IMG/VR virus record: IMGVR_UViG_3300012974_000005 | Location: 1-25,813 of that record | Reading direction: 5' to 3' (one strand) | From: a virus | Length of the DNA: 25,813 nucleotides | In this document: positions 10,955-19,908 of the stretch, piece after piece | Position numbering within the stretch: position 1 is the stretch's first letter | Layout: every line of letters starts with the position of its first letter | Notes under the pieces: model-generated | Seen by the model: the letters and a program-made list of their open reading frames with translations, nothing else | What the model was told of the DNA's origin: nothing | Databases searched by the model: none | Position numbers and translations under genes: made by a program

Positions 10955-11374
10955 ATGAAAAACGAACTCTATAAGGCTATCAAGACTTACTGCGACGAGA
11001 ACCATTGTTGGAAAGCGCTCAACACTGTAAGTGATTGGAATGCGGTTCTGAATACTTCTTACTCTGCGGCGACCTTCACTGCGTTGGTAAGTGATGGACG
11101 TCTTGAAAGAGATAAGCAATATCGTGAGAAGAGTTATTCTTATCGGCTGGCTCCTACTCCCGAACAACTTCAGAAGCAAGCAGAAGCCAAAAGACAAAAC
11201 GAAATTGAGAGCGCTAAGCGGACAGTTGAACGCTACGATGAGCGAGTGGCTCATATTAAGGAGCGTTATGAAGAACTCATTGCTGAGGCGGAACGCTATT
11301 TGAAAGAAAGAATGGCATTCATTGAAGAGGACACAGCCAAAGCGAAGGAACTCTTAAAACAAGAGGGAGTATAA
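10955..11374 (+). CDS. Early hypothetical protein with a charged coiled-coil-like C-terminus (139 aa)
   Basis: RBS aaaggag, tightly coupled to the upstream gene (TAATATG). The C-terminal half is rich in E/K/R heptad-like sequence. Confidence 0.6.
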   Translation: MKNELYKAIKTYCDENHCWKALNTVSDWNAVLNTSYSAATFTALVSDGRLERDKQYREKSYSYRLAPTPEQLQKQAEAKRQNEIESAKRTVERYDERVAHIKERYEELIAEAERYLKERMAFIEEDTAKAKELLKQEGV

Positions 11375-11375
11375 T

Positions 11376-11576
11376 ATGAAGTTGAAATCACAAATGGAAA
11401 AGCAAAGGGCTTACGCAATGCGTAAGCGCAATGAAGCCAAAAAGATTGGCGATGAAAAGCAAGAGTGGTATTGGCTTGGTGTTATTCACTCTATGAACTG
11501 GGCTCCTGGCTCTCGCGATGAGTGGAAGTATCTTGATGACGAAGTAATGTCAAAAGATGAAAAATTTGATTGGTAA
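11376..11576 (+). CDS. Early hypothetical protein (66 aa)
   Basis: RBS gagggag and an ATG 2 nt after the upstream stop. No recognisable motif. Confidence 0.5.
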   Translation: MKLKSQMEKQRAYAMRKRNEAKKIGDEKQEWYWLGVIHSMNWAPGSRDEWKYLDDEVMSKDEKFDW

Positions 11577-11633
11577 AGAATTGGAGGCTCGGATTTACGA
11601 GCCCTCAAAATAAAATATATGACTTCTCTAAAA

Positions 11634-11666
11634 GGGGGCTCAACGAGTTTGAGCCTCCAATTTTTA
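11634..11666 (+). terminator. Rho-independent terminator-like hairpin
   Basis: gggggctcaa (11634-11643) pairs with ttgagcctcc (11649-11658), giving 10 bp with one G-U. The loop is cgagt and is followed by aattttta. Confidence 0.6.
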
Positions 11667-11686
11667 TACCCAAAAAGGAGACCGGT

Positions 11687-11875
11687 ATGAGAGAAATTAT
11701 TCAAAACTTAAATAAAGCAACTCTCGCCGAGGCAACGGGCATTTCTTATAGTAGATTAAGAAAGTTCTCAACCGGACTTGTAGCAAACCTGACGCCAGAA
11801 GAGCGAGAGAAAATTTATAAATATTTATTGTCTATCGCAGACAAATTTAAAAATGAACTAAAAGGAGATATTTGA
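11687..11875 (+). CDS. Small helix-turn-helix DNA-binding protein (62 aa)
   Basis: RBS aaaaaggag 8 nt upstream of ATG 11687. ATLAEATGISYSRLRKFSTG looks like an HTH. The longer track ORF from 11570 would run through the terminator hairpins. Confidence 0.55.
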   Translation: MREIIQNLNKATLAEATGISYSRLRKFSTGLVANLTPEEREKIYKYLLSIADKFKNELKGDI

Positions 11876-11878
11876 ACT

Positions 11879-12466
11879 ATGGAAAAATATACTACACCAG
11901 AACCAATTTTACCCGCACCAGGAGAAGAAGAAGTGTGGAAGACGCATCCTGTTTATATTGAGTATGAGGTTTCTACTTTTGGCAATGTTCGTCGTAAGAG
12001 CAGTCAATATATGATGACTCCTACTGTAAATGGCAGAGGCTACTTAACCGTTCATTTACGTGCGGGCATTGAAGGTAAAAATGGTAAATATTGTCGCATT
12101 CATAAATTAGTGGCTGATACTTTTTTGGGGGAGGCCCCAGGCCCAGAATATGAGTGCGACCATAAAGACCGCAATCGTTAGAATAACTACGTCGGGAACC
12201 TTCGTTATACAACACATCCCGAAAATGTTGCCAATTGTCGCAAACGTCGTAAATACATTTTTATGGACCGTCCTGCGATTGTTCTTTTGGATAAAAAGAC
12301 TCACGAACCAATTCGTGAATTTCAAAATTTGCGAGAGATTGTAGAAGAGTTGGGGTTGAGCCCTGCCAGTGTGCGAGACAATATTCACGGTTTTAAGCCA
12401 CCATTTAGAATTGGCTATTTTATGACAAAATCGGAATATTTAGAAAAATTGAAGGGAAAAATTTGA
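11879..12466 (+). CDS. HNH homing endonuclease (NUMOD4 + HNH_3 type), one in-frame TAG at 12179-12181
   Basis: EEVWKTHPVYIEYEVSTFGNVRR (NUMOD4-like), RIHKLVADTFLG, and CDHKDRNR(TAG)NNYVGNLRYTTHPEN (HNH_3 H-N-N signature spanning the TAG). The C-terminal LREIVEELGLSPASVRDNI is HTH-like. ORFs 11879..12181 and 12263..12466 are in the same frame. Confidence 0.8.
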
Positions 12467-12491
12467 CAAAAGAAAAATTTTTTGGTATAAT
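12463..12491 (+). promoter_or_regulatory. Consensus sigma-A promoter with extended -10 (TTGACA, 17 nt, TGgTATAAT)
   Basis: TTGACA at 12463-12468, a 17-nt spacer, TG at 12483-12484 and TATAAT at 12486-12491. It overlaps the HNH stop codon and is followed by a ~200-nt T-rich leader before the Rep-like gene. Confidence 0.75.
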
Positions 12492-12696
12492 ATTATCAAC
12501 AGGTAGAAATCAAATAAATTTCGCATCAGCCTGTATTCCTTCCTTTATTAGGCCTTTTGGAGATAACACCCTGACGCTCCTTTTTCTCTTATTTTATTTT
12601 CTTTATTAAAAATAATTGTTGGGAAGTTATCTCCATTAGGTTTTTTTATTTGAACTTACTTTTTATTTTAACACCAATGAATGATGGAGGACCTAA

Positions 12697-13419
12697 ATGA
12701 ATAACTATGTTATTGAACCTCGTCAGGAAACTGCCGGGGATGTTTTATTATTAGAGGGAACAGTCCGCAAACGCAGACTGTCATTAGAGGATAATTTTAT
12801 GAACTATGGAATTGATGATTTATTATTTGGAAGTATGTATTACCTCGCCACATTTCATCCAGAAGTAGGAAAGTTATATTTGACTAAAAAGAATTATGCG
12901 AAGAATCGTAAAAACTTTTATAACTTGGAAGATGGCGGTAATGCTAAAACATTGAAAAGACATCTTGACAAATTGATTGAAAAGGGTCTTGTCGCCGAAG
13001 AAGATATCAAAGTCAATGGTGAAAGTTATCCATCATACATCTTTCCTTATAAATACAATGAGAAATATCAATTGGTTGAAGCAGAGATGCTCTGGTATAT
13101 TATCTCAACCCGCAATCGTCAGGCAGTAAAGATTTATATTCAACTATTGAATTGGTATTTGTGGAAAGAAAAGACTGACGAGCATTTTGTTTTTACTAAT
13201 AAAGACATTATGAAAGTATTGGGTTATAGTCCCGATAATAAAGTAGCCAGTAGTATGGTAAGTAATGTGTTGGAGAGTTTATCTCGTGAAGGCGTTATCA
13301 GATATGAAAATTATTTTGAAGAATACGTTGCTGATAATGGCTGTGTTGTCCCAACTCCAAAGAAAAGATTGTTATTTGTTGCCAAAAGTAAGAATGAATT
13401 ACCTGCGGTTTCTTGTTAA
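12697..13419 (+). CDS. Putative replication initiator / replisome organiser (double winged-helix, RepA_N/DnaD-like)
   Basis: RBS ggagg. Two winged-helix-like segments are present: TLKRHLDKLIEKGLVAEE, and AVKIYIQLLNWYLWKEKTDEHFVFTNKDIMKVLGYS...VLESLSREGVIRYE. It is flanked by an AT-rich leader and by iteron-like repeats. The assignment is an inference. Confidence 0.45.
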   Translation: MNNYVIEPRQETAGDVLLLEGTVRKRRLSLEDNFMNYGIDDLLFGSMYYLATFHPEVGKLYLTKKNYAKNRKNFYNLEDGGNAKTLKRHLDKLIEKGLVAEEDIKVNGESYPSYIFPYKYNEKYQLVEAEMLWYIISTRNRQAVKIYIQLLNWYLWKEKTDEHFVFTNKDIMKVLGYSPDNKVASSMVSNVLESLSREGVIRYENYFEEYVADNGCVVPTPKKRLLFVAKSKNELPAVSC

Positions 13420-13446
13420 ACCGTTCGGCTAAACAAAAACGGACTT

Positions 13447-13543
13447 TTAATTACCCTACGATAGGAAATTTTATATTATTAGCGAAAGGATATTTAATTA
13501 CCCATATCCTAATAGTATTATCTTAATAGTATTATCTTAATAG
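13447..13543. repeat. Iteron-like repeat cluster (candidate ori or pac region)
   Basis: ttaattaccc occurs at 13447-13456 and 13494-13503. An inverted repeat aggatat/atatcct is present. The tandem 14-mer taatagtattatct occurs at 13510-13523 and 13524-13537, with a partial third copy at 13538-13543. Confidence 0.7.
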
Positions 13544-13592
13544 GTAAAGACGAAACCGCAAGCGGTTGTCGCCTTTACGGGGCTGACGCCCC
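13544..13592 (+). other. GC-rich nested hairpins in an AT-rich spacer upstream of the late genes
   Basis: gtaaag (13544-13549) pairs with ctttac (13573-13578), enclosing aaccg-caag-cggtt. This is followed by ggggc-tgac-gcccc (13579-13592). gcccc could alternatively pair with gggg at 13604-13607, which is part of the RBS of the next gene. Confidence 0.45.
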
Positions 13593-13621
13593 AATAGAAA
13601 TTCGGGGAGGAGAAATAAAGG

Positions 13622-13810
13622 ATGAATAAATATTTTTATTGTTATTCATATAAATTAATGAAGTTCTTAAAACTACAAGACGAACATTATATTTTTAAAG
13701 GGAAGCATCCTAACGGAAATACATTCTGGGTCTTCTCTTCAAGTGAAGTATTAAATAAAAAATTAGATAAATGGAACGTCTATAAACAGACATTCAGGGA
13801 GGAGGAGTAA
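13622..13810 (+). CDS. Small hypothetical protein (62 aa), possibly DUF5659-like
   Basis: RBS ggggaggag. YSYKLMKFLKLQDEHYIFKGKHPNGNTFWVFSSSEVLNKKLDKWN resembles small Firmicutes phage proteins I recall as DUF5659. This is a weak assignment. Confidence 0.5.
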   Translation: MNKYFYCYSYKLMKFLKLQDEHYIFKGKHPNGNTFWVFSSSEVLNKKLDKWNVYKQTFREEE

Positions 13811-13811
13811 G

Positions 13812-14186
13812 ATGACCGAGAAACAGAGACTGTTCGCAGAACACTACCTCGCCAACGGCTTTAACGCCAGAGACGCATACTATTCTGCTTTTGGAGAAAA
13901 CGGCAATAAACAGCCATCTTATCCTTATACTCTTTTGAAGAATAAGGAGATTTCAGGCTATATCCAAAAACGTAGAGAAGAAATCTACGACAGTCTAAAC
14001 ATTGACGCTACTCGTGTAATGTAGGAAATCGCTGATATCGCTTTTGAGCCTCGCAATGAGAAGAATATCGCTTCTAAATTGAAGGCTTTGGAGTTATTAA
14101 GTAAGAACCTTTCTCTACAAACCCAGAAGATTGAGAGCAAGGATATAATTGAAGTATCATTAGTGGAGGATGACAACGATGATTAA
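13812..14186 (+). CDS. terS: Terminase small subunit (Terminase_2 type), one in-frame TAG at 14022-14024
   Basis: MTEKQRLFAEHYLANGFNARDAYYSAFG is the classic TerS N-terminus. The frame continues after TAG with EIADIAFEPRNEK...LELLSKNL to TAA 14184-14186. Confidence 0.85.
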
Positions 14187-14418
14187 TTTTGACGAGAAGA
14201 AGTTAGAAATTGATGAGGCATTCAAGAAGGTAGCCGAGAGTGCCCGTGCCTTCAACGCAGATTTGATGGCAATGAGAAGTATTGAACTGCCTGATATTGA
14301 GGGTCTTAATAACGAAGACCGCAATGAACTGATGAAGATTGGACGCGATTTAGATATGCGAACTGCCTTCATTCTTCGTTCTCTTTTGGCTCAACACGGC
14401 AATGTTCTGTGGATGTGA
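14179..14418 (+). CDS. Hypothetical protein (79 aa)
   Basis: The ORF overlaps the terS end. ATG 14179 is 9 nt after ggagg, while ATG 14170 abuts the SD. Stop is TGA. Confidence 0.5.
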   Translation: MINFDEKKLEIDEAFKKVAESARAFNADLMAMRSIELPDIEGLNNEDRNELMKIGRDLDMRTAFILRSLLAQHGNVLWM

Positions 14419-14422
14419 TTAA

Positions 14423-15664
14423 ATGAAGATAAGGGTTCATACGAATATCTTCTGTCCGGTATATCTACCGCACTTGAACCCTGACGGCCACCGCATCTTA
14501 GTGTTTTATGGTGGTGCGGGTTCAGGCAAAAGTTTCTTCGTAGCCCAACGTCTGGTGTATAAAGCCCTGCGTTCCCGCAGAAAAATACTGGTTTTGCGTA
14601 AGGTCAATAGAACTACAAAGGCTTCTACATTCCAACTGCTCCTGGATACACTGGACCAGTTCGGCATTAGAGACCGATGTAGCATCAACCGCACGGACTT
14701 CACAATCACTCTGCCTAATGGCTCAATGTTTTTATGTATGGGTCTTGATGACCCAGAGAAGATTAAATCTATTACTGGTCTCACTGATGCGTGGCTGGAA
14801 GAAGCGACTGAATTTACTCTTGATGATTTTAGCCAGGTCAATCTTCGTATTAGAGACCCGCACGCAGAGGATTAGGAAGTTATTTTATCATTCAACCCAG
14901 TCTCAAAGGCGAATTGGTGTTATTTACAGTTCTTTGCCGAGAACTCAGAGTTGGATGAGTTTCGTAAAACAGTAAAGATAGTCCATACAAATTATCTGGA
15001 TAACCCATTCCTTCCCGCAGAGTATGTGTAGGCATTGTTATTGATGAAAGCAACTAATGAAGTCTATTACAAAATCTATGCTCTTGGAGAGTTCGGTAGT
15101 CTGGATAAATTGGTTTATAATAATTGGCAAAAAATGGATTTTGACCCAATGACTATTAAAGGTCAGTTGTTGTGTGGCCTTGACTTCGGTTATACGAACG
15201 ACCCAACGAGGTTCGTCGCATCTACATTAGTAGAAGCAGAAAGACGTATTTATGTCTTTAGGGAATGGGGCGGAACTGGTTTTCTAAACGACCAAATCGC
15301 AGACCAAATCAAAGCGCTGGGATTTTCTAAAAGTATAATTATGGCTGATAGTGCCGAATAGAAGAGTATAGAAGAGATTAAGCGTAAAGGAATTGCTCGT
15401 ATCAAACCTTGTGTAAAAGGTCAGGGCAGTGTCCTGTAGGGCATACAAAAACTTCAACAGTATGAAATCATCGTTCATCCATCTTGTGAGGGTGTAATTG
15501 AAGAACTTCAAAACTACTCTTGGAAGAAAGATAAGGCGACCAATGAATACATCAATGAACCTATTGATGATTTTAACCATAGCCTTGATGCTCTTCGCTA
15601 TTCATTACAATGTATGGACGCACGAGCACAGTTAGCGTCTATGAATAAAGATTTATTGTTCTAA
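14423..15664 (+). CDS. terL: Terminase large subunit (PBSX/Terminase_3-like), 413 aa, four in-frame TAGs
   Basis: Walker A is VFYGGAGSGKSF and Walker B is DAWLEEATEF. The nuclease half is GLDFGYTNDP...ADSAE(TAG)KSIEEIKRKG...GSVL(TAG)GIQKLQ...DDFNHSLDALRY. Track ORFs 14423..14875 and 15035..15361 plus the remainder share one frame. Breaks are TAG at 14873, 15029, 15359 and 15437. Stop is TAA 15662-15664. Confidence 0.9.
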
Positions 15665-15683
15665 ATTAAAGGAGGACATAAAC

Positions 15684-17051
15684 TTGTTTAGTTTAAATAA
15701 TATTGAAGAATTAACAGATAGAGTAATTCGCAGAATTGTAGAGAACCATCGTAGTTCAGTGCTTCCTCGCTTACAGAACTTGGAGAACTACTACAACGCG
15801 AAGAATGTTATTAATAACAGAATTATGAAAGATAAATCTAAACCTAATAACAAAATCGCAAATGCTTATGCGAGTTATATTACTGATACTTTGGTTGGCT
15901 ATTTTATTGGCGAACCCATTTCTTATACCTCAAATGACGACGTCCTTTTGTAGGATTTAAGTATGATTTTTGAATATAATGACGAGGCTGATGAGAACGC
16001 TGAATTAGCAAAGAATGCTTCTATTTATGGCGTGGCTTATGAGATGTTATATTTGAGCGAAGAGGATAAGATGATTAGATTTAAGGCTCTTAATCCGAAA
16101 GAGATTATCCCTATTTTTGATAAGACTGTGGAGCAGAACCTGATGGCAATCATTCGCTACTACGATGATTATGATGTAGTTGATGATAAGACTTATACAT
16201 TAGTAGAGATTATTGATAACACGATGGTCCGCAGATATAAGATGGATAATTCTTTCTTGCTTCTGGAAGAATACCCTCATTACTTTGGTATGGTGCCTAT
16301 TGCTATTTATAAGAACAATGAGGAAGAGCGAGGCGACTTTGAGGCGGTTATTAGCCTGATTGATGCGTATGATAAGATGGAGTCTGATACTCTAAATGAT
16401 TTTGAATACTTTGTTGATGCTTACTTGGCTTTGTATGGCTTTACCGCAGAACCAGAAGATGTAGCACAGATGAAGGAAAATCGTATCCTACTTATGGATG
16501 AAGGCACCAGTGCTGAATGGCTTATTAAGCAGACCAGCGATACTTATGTTGAGAATATGAAGAACAGATTAGATGCTGATATTCATAAGTTCGCCAAATG
16601 TCCTAATATGGCTGATAAGGAGTTTGCTTCTAATGCTTCTGGCGTGGCTATCAAGTTCAAATTGTTGGGAACAGAAAATCTGGTCTCTATCAAGGAGCGT
16701 AAGTTCAAGCGTGGCTTACAGCAGAGACTGGAACTGATGAGTATGATTAATAGTGTTCTACGCGAAGGTTTTGATTGGCGTGGCATTGATATTATCTTTA
16801 CTCGTAATGTCCCATCCAATGATACTGATATTGCCAATATGGTAAATACTCTACGAGACATCGTTAGTGAAGAAACATTACTGGCTCAAATCCCATTTGT
16901 TGAGGACGTTCAAGATGAGTTAGAGCGTTTGAAGAAAGAACGAGAAGAAAATAAAGAATTAAACCCATTCTTCCAAACAGGATTGTCTTATCAGACAGAG
17001 GCTATGGCTAACGGCACAGAGCAAAAAGATAAAGAGGAGGACGAAGAATAA
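15684..17051 (+). CDS. Portal protein (SPP1 gp6-like), 455 aa, TTG start, one in-frame TAG at 15951-15953
   Basis: RBS aaaggagg. RLQNLENYYNAKNVINNR...KPNNKIANAYASYITDTLVGYFIGEPISY fits the SPP1 gp6 portal pattern. ORF 15684..15953 and ORF 15963..17051 are in the same frame. Confidence 0.85.
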
Positions 17052-17440
17052 TGGAGTTAGAATTATTATTCCAAATTTTTGAGTTGTGTATTATCCCTTT
17101 ATTAGCAGTGCTGACTGGTTATTTAGTTCAGTGGATTAAAGCAAAGACCGCAGAGGCTACTGAAAAGAACCAGCAGGATGTGTTTGATAAATACATCACT
17201 ATGCTGGGTGAAACAATCGCAAAGTGCGTTTCCGCAACTAATCAAACCTATGTTGATGCGCTGAAGAAGGCTGGTTCATTTGATGCCGAGGCCCAGAAGC
17301 ACGCATTTGAAATGACATTGAATGCGGTTATGAATGTTTTAGGTAAGGATGCTATTGAATATCTAACTGCTATTTATGGCGACCTAACCAGTTATTTAAC
17401 TACATTAATTGAGGCCGAGGTAAAGGCACAGAAGGAGTAA
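17051..17440 (+). CDS. Membrane-anchored protein, LL-H-type holin-like (129 aa)
   Basis: A single N-terminal hydrophobic helix (FQIFELCIIPLLAVLTGYLVQWIKAK) is followed by an Ala/Lys/Glu-rich soluble part. This resembles the Holin_LLH family. The position between portal and minor head gene is not a canonical lysis locus. Confidence 0.4.
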   Translation: MELELLFQIFELCIIPLLAVLTGYLVQWIKAKTAEATEKNQQDVFDKYITMLGETIAKCVSATNQTYVDALKKAGSFDAEAQKHAFEMTLNAVMNVLGKDAIEYLTAIYGDLTSYLTTLIEAEVKAQKE

Positions 17441-17441
17441 T

Positions 17442-18350
17442 ATGAGTATCACAACAGTTCCAGTAGTTCCGCATTTCAATCGCTATGTAAAGCCGACTGT
17501 TGAATTAGTCCTTCGACTATTGGCAGAAGCCTATGAAGACCAACATAAATTGGATAAGATACTAAAAGAGATTAGCGATGAAGTATTTGCGGAACTGGCA
17601 AAAGAAATCCAAAAGTTGGCTGATGATGGTAAAATTAATCTTGATGCCAAGATTGATTTATATAATAATCCCGCACTTTATACCGCGTTGAAGCGGATTG
17701 AGGCGAAGCAATTGTAGAAATTTACCGAGTATTGCTGGATAGGAGCATAGGTAATAGGGGAGAGTTTGGTGCGGGCTTATTCTACAACTCTCGCTGAAAC
17801 TTATCAAATGTTTAACTACACAAAGGGGCTTGACCCACATAACCTCTCTTCTGGACCAAAGTCGTATAATGTGTATGTTTAGACAACTGACACCTACATT
17901 CGGGAGAAGGTGCTGAATGTGCCTTGGTGCCAGGATGGTAAGATTTATAGTGATAGACTTTGGGGACACGTGGCTCAATTCCAATAGAAATTGAGTTATG
18001 TTTTAGAAGAGGGGATTGGAAAAGGTAGAGGTATGGAGTGGATGATGGAGGCGTGGCAGAAGTTGGCTGGTGGAACGGCATACAACACTGCCCGCCTGCT
18101 AAAAACAGAGACAATGGCGATGTGGTCTCGTGCGACCAAAGACGCCTACCTCGAAATGGGAATTGAATATGTTGCTATTGTAGGCGACGCAGAATGTGGA
18201 GGCATTTGTTTGGATTATGTTGATGGCGAACCAATCCTTTTAGTAGAGGCGGAGATTGGGGACCTACTCCCTCCTTATCATCCAAACTGTGCTTGTAGTT
18301 TTGTGGCCTGGGAAGAAACAGTTGAAGTCCCATTGGGCGAAGACGTATAA
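17442..18350 (+). CDS. Head morphogenesis / minor capsid protein (SPP1 gp7, Phage_Mu_F family), four in-frame TAGs
   Basis: NVPWCQDGKIYSDRLWGH, ARLLKTETMAMWSRATKDAY and the signature PPYHPNCACSF are present. ORF 17442..17717 and ORF 17991..18350 are in the same frame, joined through TAG 17715, 17748, 17880 and 17985. Confidence 0.85.
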
Positions 18351-18431
18351 ATTCATCGCCACTATTCTTAATAATATTTAGAAGGCTACAACTCCGTGAG
18401 GGGTAGCAAATTAATTGGAGGTTTTATTTTT

Positions 18432-19022
18432 ATGGCTGAAATTGTTAATGATAAGGGTTCTGTTGTTGAGACTTCAACTGTCGGTATTGAGACAGGGGAA
18501 GTTGTTGTTGAGAAAACTTATACTGAAAGCGAAGTCCAAGCATTACTACAACGCGAAGGCGACCGTAGAGTATCAAGCGCTCTTAAGAAGCAACAGAAAG
18601 AGTTCGAAAGACAGACTGCGGAGGCTGACAAGTTGAGAGATATGGACGAAAGTCAGCGTAAGGAGTATGAATATACTCAAAGACTCCAAGAGTTGGAAAA
18701 CAAAGAACGCGAGTTCGCTATCGCCCAGAATAAGTTAGAGGCGACAAAAGTTATGGCGAACAGAGAACTCCCTATTGAGTTCGTTGATTATATTGTAGCA
18801 GAAGACGCAGAGACAATGATGGAAAATATCACTACATTTGAACGAGCATTTAAGAGTGCTGTGGCTGATGCCGTAGCAAAGAAGATTGCGTCTCCCGCAC
18901 CAAAGACTGGGTCCGCAAAGCAGACTGGTATGACAAAAGAAGAGTTTAGAAAGTTATCTGTGGCACAGCAGACTGAAATCTTCCGCAGTAATCCAGAACT
19001 GTATAAGCAGATGACCCGATAA
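18432..19022 (+). CDS. Capsid scaffolding protein (DUF4355-like)
   Basis: RBS ggagg upstream of ATG 18432. The protein is charged and helical: TESEVQALLQREGDRRVSSALKKQQKEFE...ELENKEREFA. It lies immediately upstream of the major capsid gene. Confidence 0.75.
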   Translation: MAEIVNDKGSVVETSTVGIETGEVVVEKTYTESEVQALLQREGDRRVSSALKKQQKEFERQTAEADKLRDMDESQRKEYEYTQRLQELENKEREFAIAQNKLEATKVMANRELPIEFVDYIVAEDAETMMENITTFERAFKSAVADAVAKKIASPAPKTGSAKQTGMTKEEFRKLSVAQQTEIFRSNPELYKQMTR

Positions 19023-19049
19023 TAATGATTATTAAAGGAGATTTATAAT

Positions 19050-19826
19050 ATGGCACATTTGATTTATGAAAACGAGATTTTGAGTAATAAACTGACTGAC
19101 ATTTTGACTACTCAAATTGATATGAACGCCTATATGACCGTTGATACTTCTATGACCGAGCAGGCTGGTATGAAGAAGGTTATCAACACTTACGTTGCTA
19201 CTGGCGATGTTGAAGAGTTGGCAATGGGTGAAGGCAATGAGACTGAAATCAGCGTAAGTTTCACTTCTGCTGAATACGATGTCCTAACTTACCAGGGCTA
19301 CTTCCATTACTACGACGAGCAGGCTATGACTGACCCTATGGTTGTTGATGCTGGCCTTGATGGTTCCGCAAAGACTATGGTTAATAAGTTCGTAGCAAAG
19401 GCTATTGAAGAGTTCGAGAAGGCTACTTTAGAGGCTCCTGCCGCTGCTTGGAGTTTTGAGGCTGTTGTTGATGCTATCGCAAAGATGAACCTGGAGGCAG
19501 AAGAGGGCTTGTTCCTGTTGATTTCTCCTAACGACCAGGCTGCTTTCCGTAAGGCATTGAAGGATGACTTGAAGTATAGCGAAGGCTTCGTTCGCACTGG
19601 CTACATCGGCACTGTTTGTGGCGTGCCTGTCATCGTATCCAAGGCTGTCCCTGCTAACAAGGGCTATTTGGCTACCAAAGAGGCTGTTAGCGTATTCATC
19701 AAGAAGGATACTGAAGTAGAGCAGGACCGCGACCCTGATACCCGTGATAACAAGTTCTGGGTTCGTAAGGTTGCTGTTGTTGCTTTGACTGACGCTACCA
19801 AGGCTGTTAAGATTAATATCGGCTAA
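19050..19826 (+). CDS. Major capsid protein (HK97 fold, small ~258-aa type)
   Basis: Strong RBS aaaggag, position after the scaffold gene, codon usage richer in G/C, and a strong terminator downstream. The sequence pattern resembles N4-gp56-type capsid proteins of Firmicutes phages (from memory). Confidence 0.8.
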   Translation: MAHLIYENEILSNKLTDILTTQIDMNAYMTVDTSMTEQAGMKKVINTYVATGDVEELAMGEGNETEISVSFTSAEYDVLTYQGYFHYYDEQAMTDPMVVDAGLDGSAKTMVNKFVAKAIEEFEKATLEAPAAAWSFEAVVDAIAKMNLEAEEGLFLLISPNDQAAFRKALKDDLKYSEGFVRTGYIGTVCGVPVIVSKAVPANKGYLATKEAVSVFIKKDTEVEQDRDPDTRDNKFWVRKVAVVALTDATKAVKINIG

Positions 19827-19849
19827 TCTAAATAAAGAATGATTGAACT

Positions 19850-19890
19850 GGGCTTGCTTGTTCGTAAGGGCAAGCAAGCCCTTATTTTTG
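19850..19890 (+). terminator. Strong rho-independent terminator after the capsid gene
   Basis: gggcttgcttg (19850-19860) pairs with caagcaagccc (19871-19881), then ttatttttg. Confidence 0.85.
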
Positions 19891-19908
19891 TTATTAAGGA
19901 GGATTTCA

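Noticed and set aside
11581-11660. tRNA-like element: a 7-10 bp acceptor-like helix (ttggaggctc/gagcctccaa) about 79 nt apart, with a CTCTAAA (CUA anticodon-like) loop at 11626-11632
   Set aside because: The CTA lies 47 nt from the 5' end and 30 nt from the 3' end, where about 34 and 37 are required. There is no T-arm (GTTCRANYC-like) or D-arm. The 3' half forms a canonical terminator hairpin with a T-run. The reverse strand does not fit either.
11570-11686. N-terminal extension of the HTH gene (track ORF from 11570) and the extended scaffold start at 18396
   Set aside because: The extensions run through hairpin or terminator sequence, or start without an SD. Internal ATGs at 11687 and 18432 have well-spaced AGGAG-type RBSs.
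13510-13543. Tandem 14-mers as a CRISPR array
   Set aside because: The repeats are directly adjacent with no spacers, number only about 2.4 copies and are 14 nt long. There are no cas genes.
10445-13621. A lysogeny module (integrase, CI/Cro switch) in the early region
   Set aside because: No divergent transcription is present. No ORF is long enough or has tyrosine or serine recombinase motifs. Only one small HTH protein is present. Lifestyle is left undetermined.
14423-17051. Fragmented terminase, portal, minor head, Tal and other genes read as pseudogenes, frameshifts or a degraded prophage
   Set aside because: All 27 interruptions are TAG and never TAA or TGA. No frame change is needed at any of them. 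Conserved motifs continue downstream, and TAG is never used as a terminal stop. Random decay would give mixed stops and indels.
18351-18431. TTTAGAA (reverse complement of a CUA anticodon loop) in the gap before the scaffold gene
   Set aside because: The gap is only 81 nt and contains just one imperfect hairpin (gctac..ctc cgt gag..gtagc). No cloverleaf is possible.
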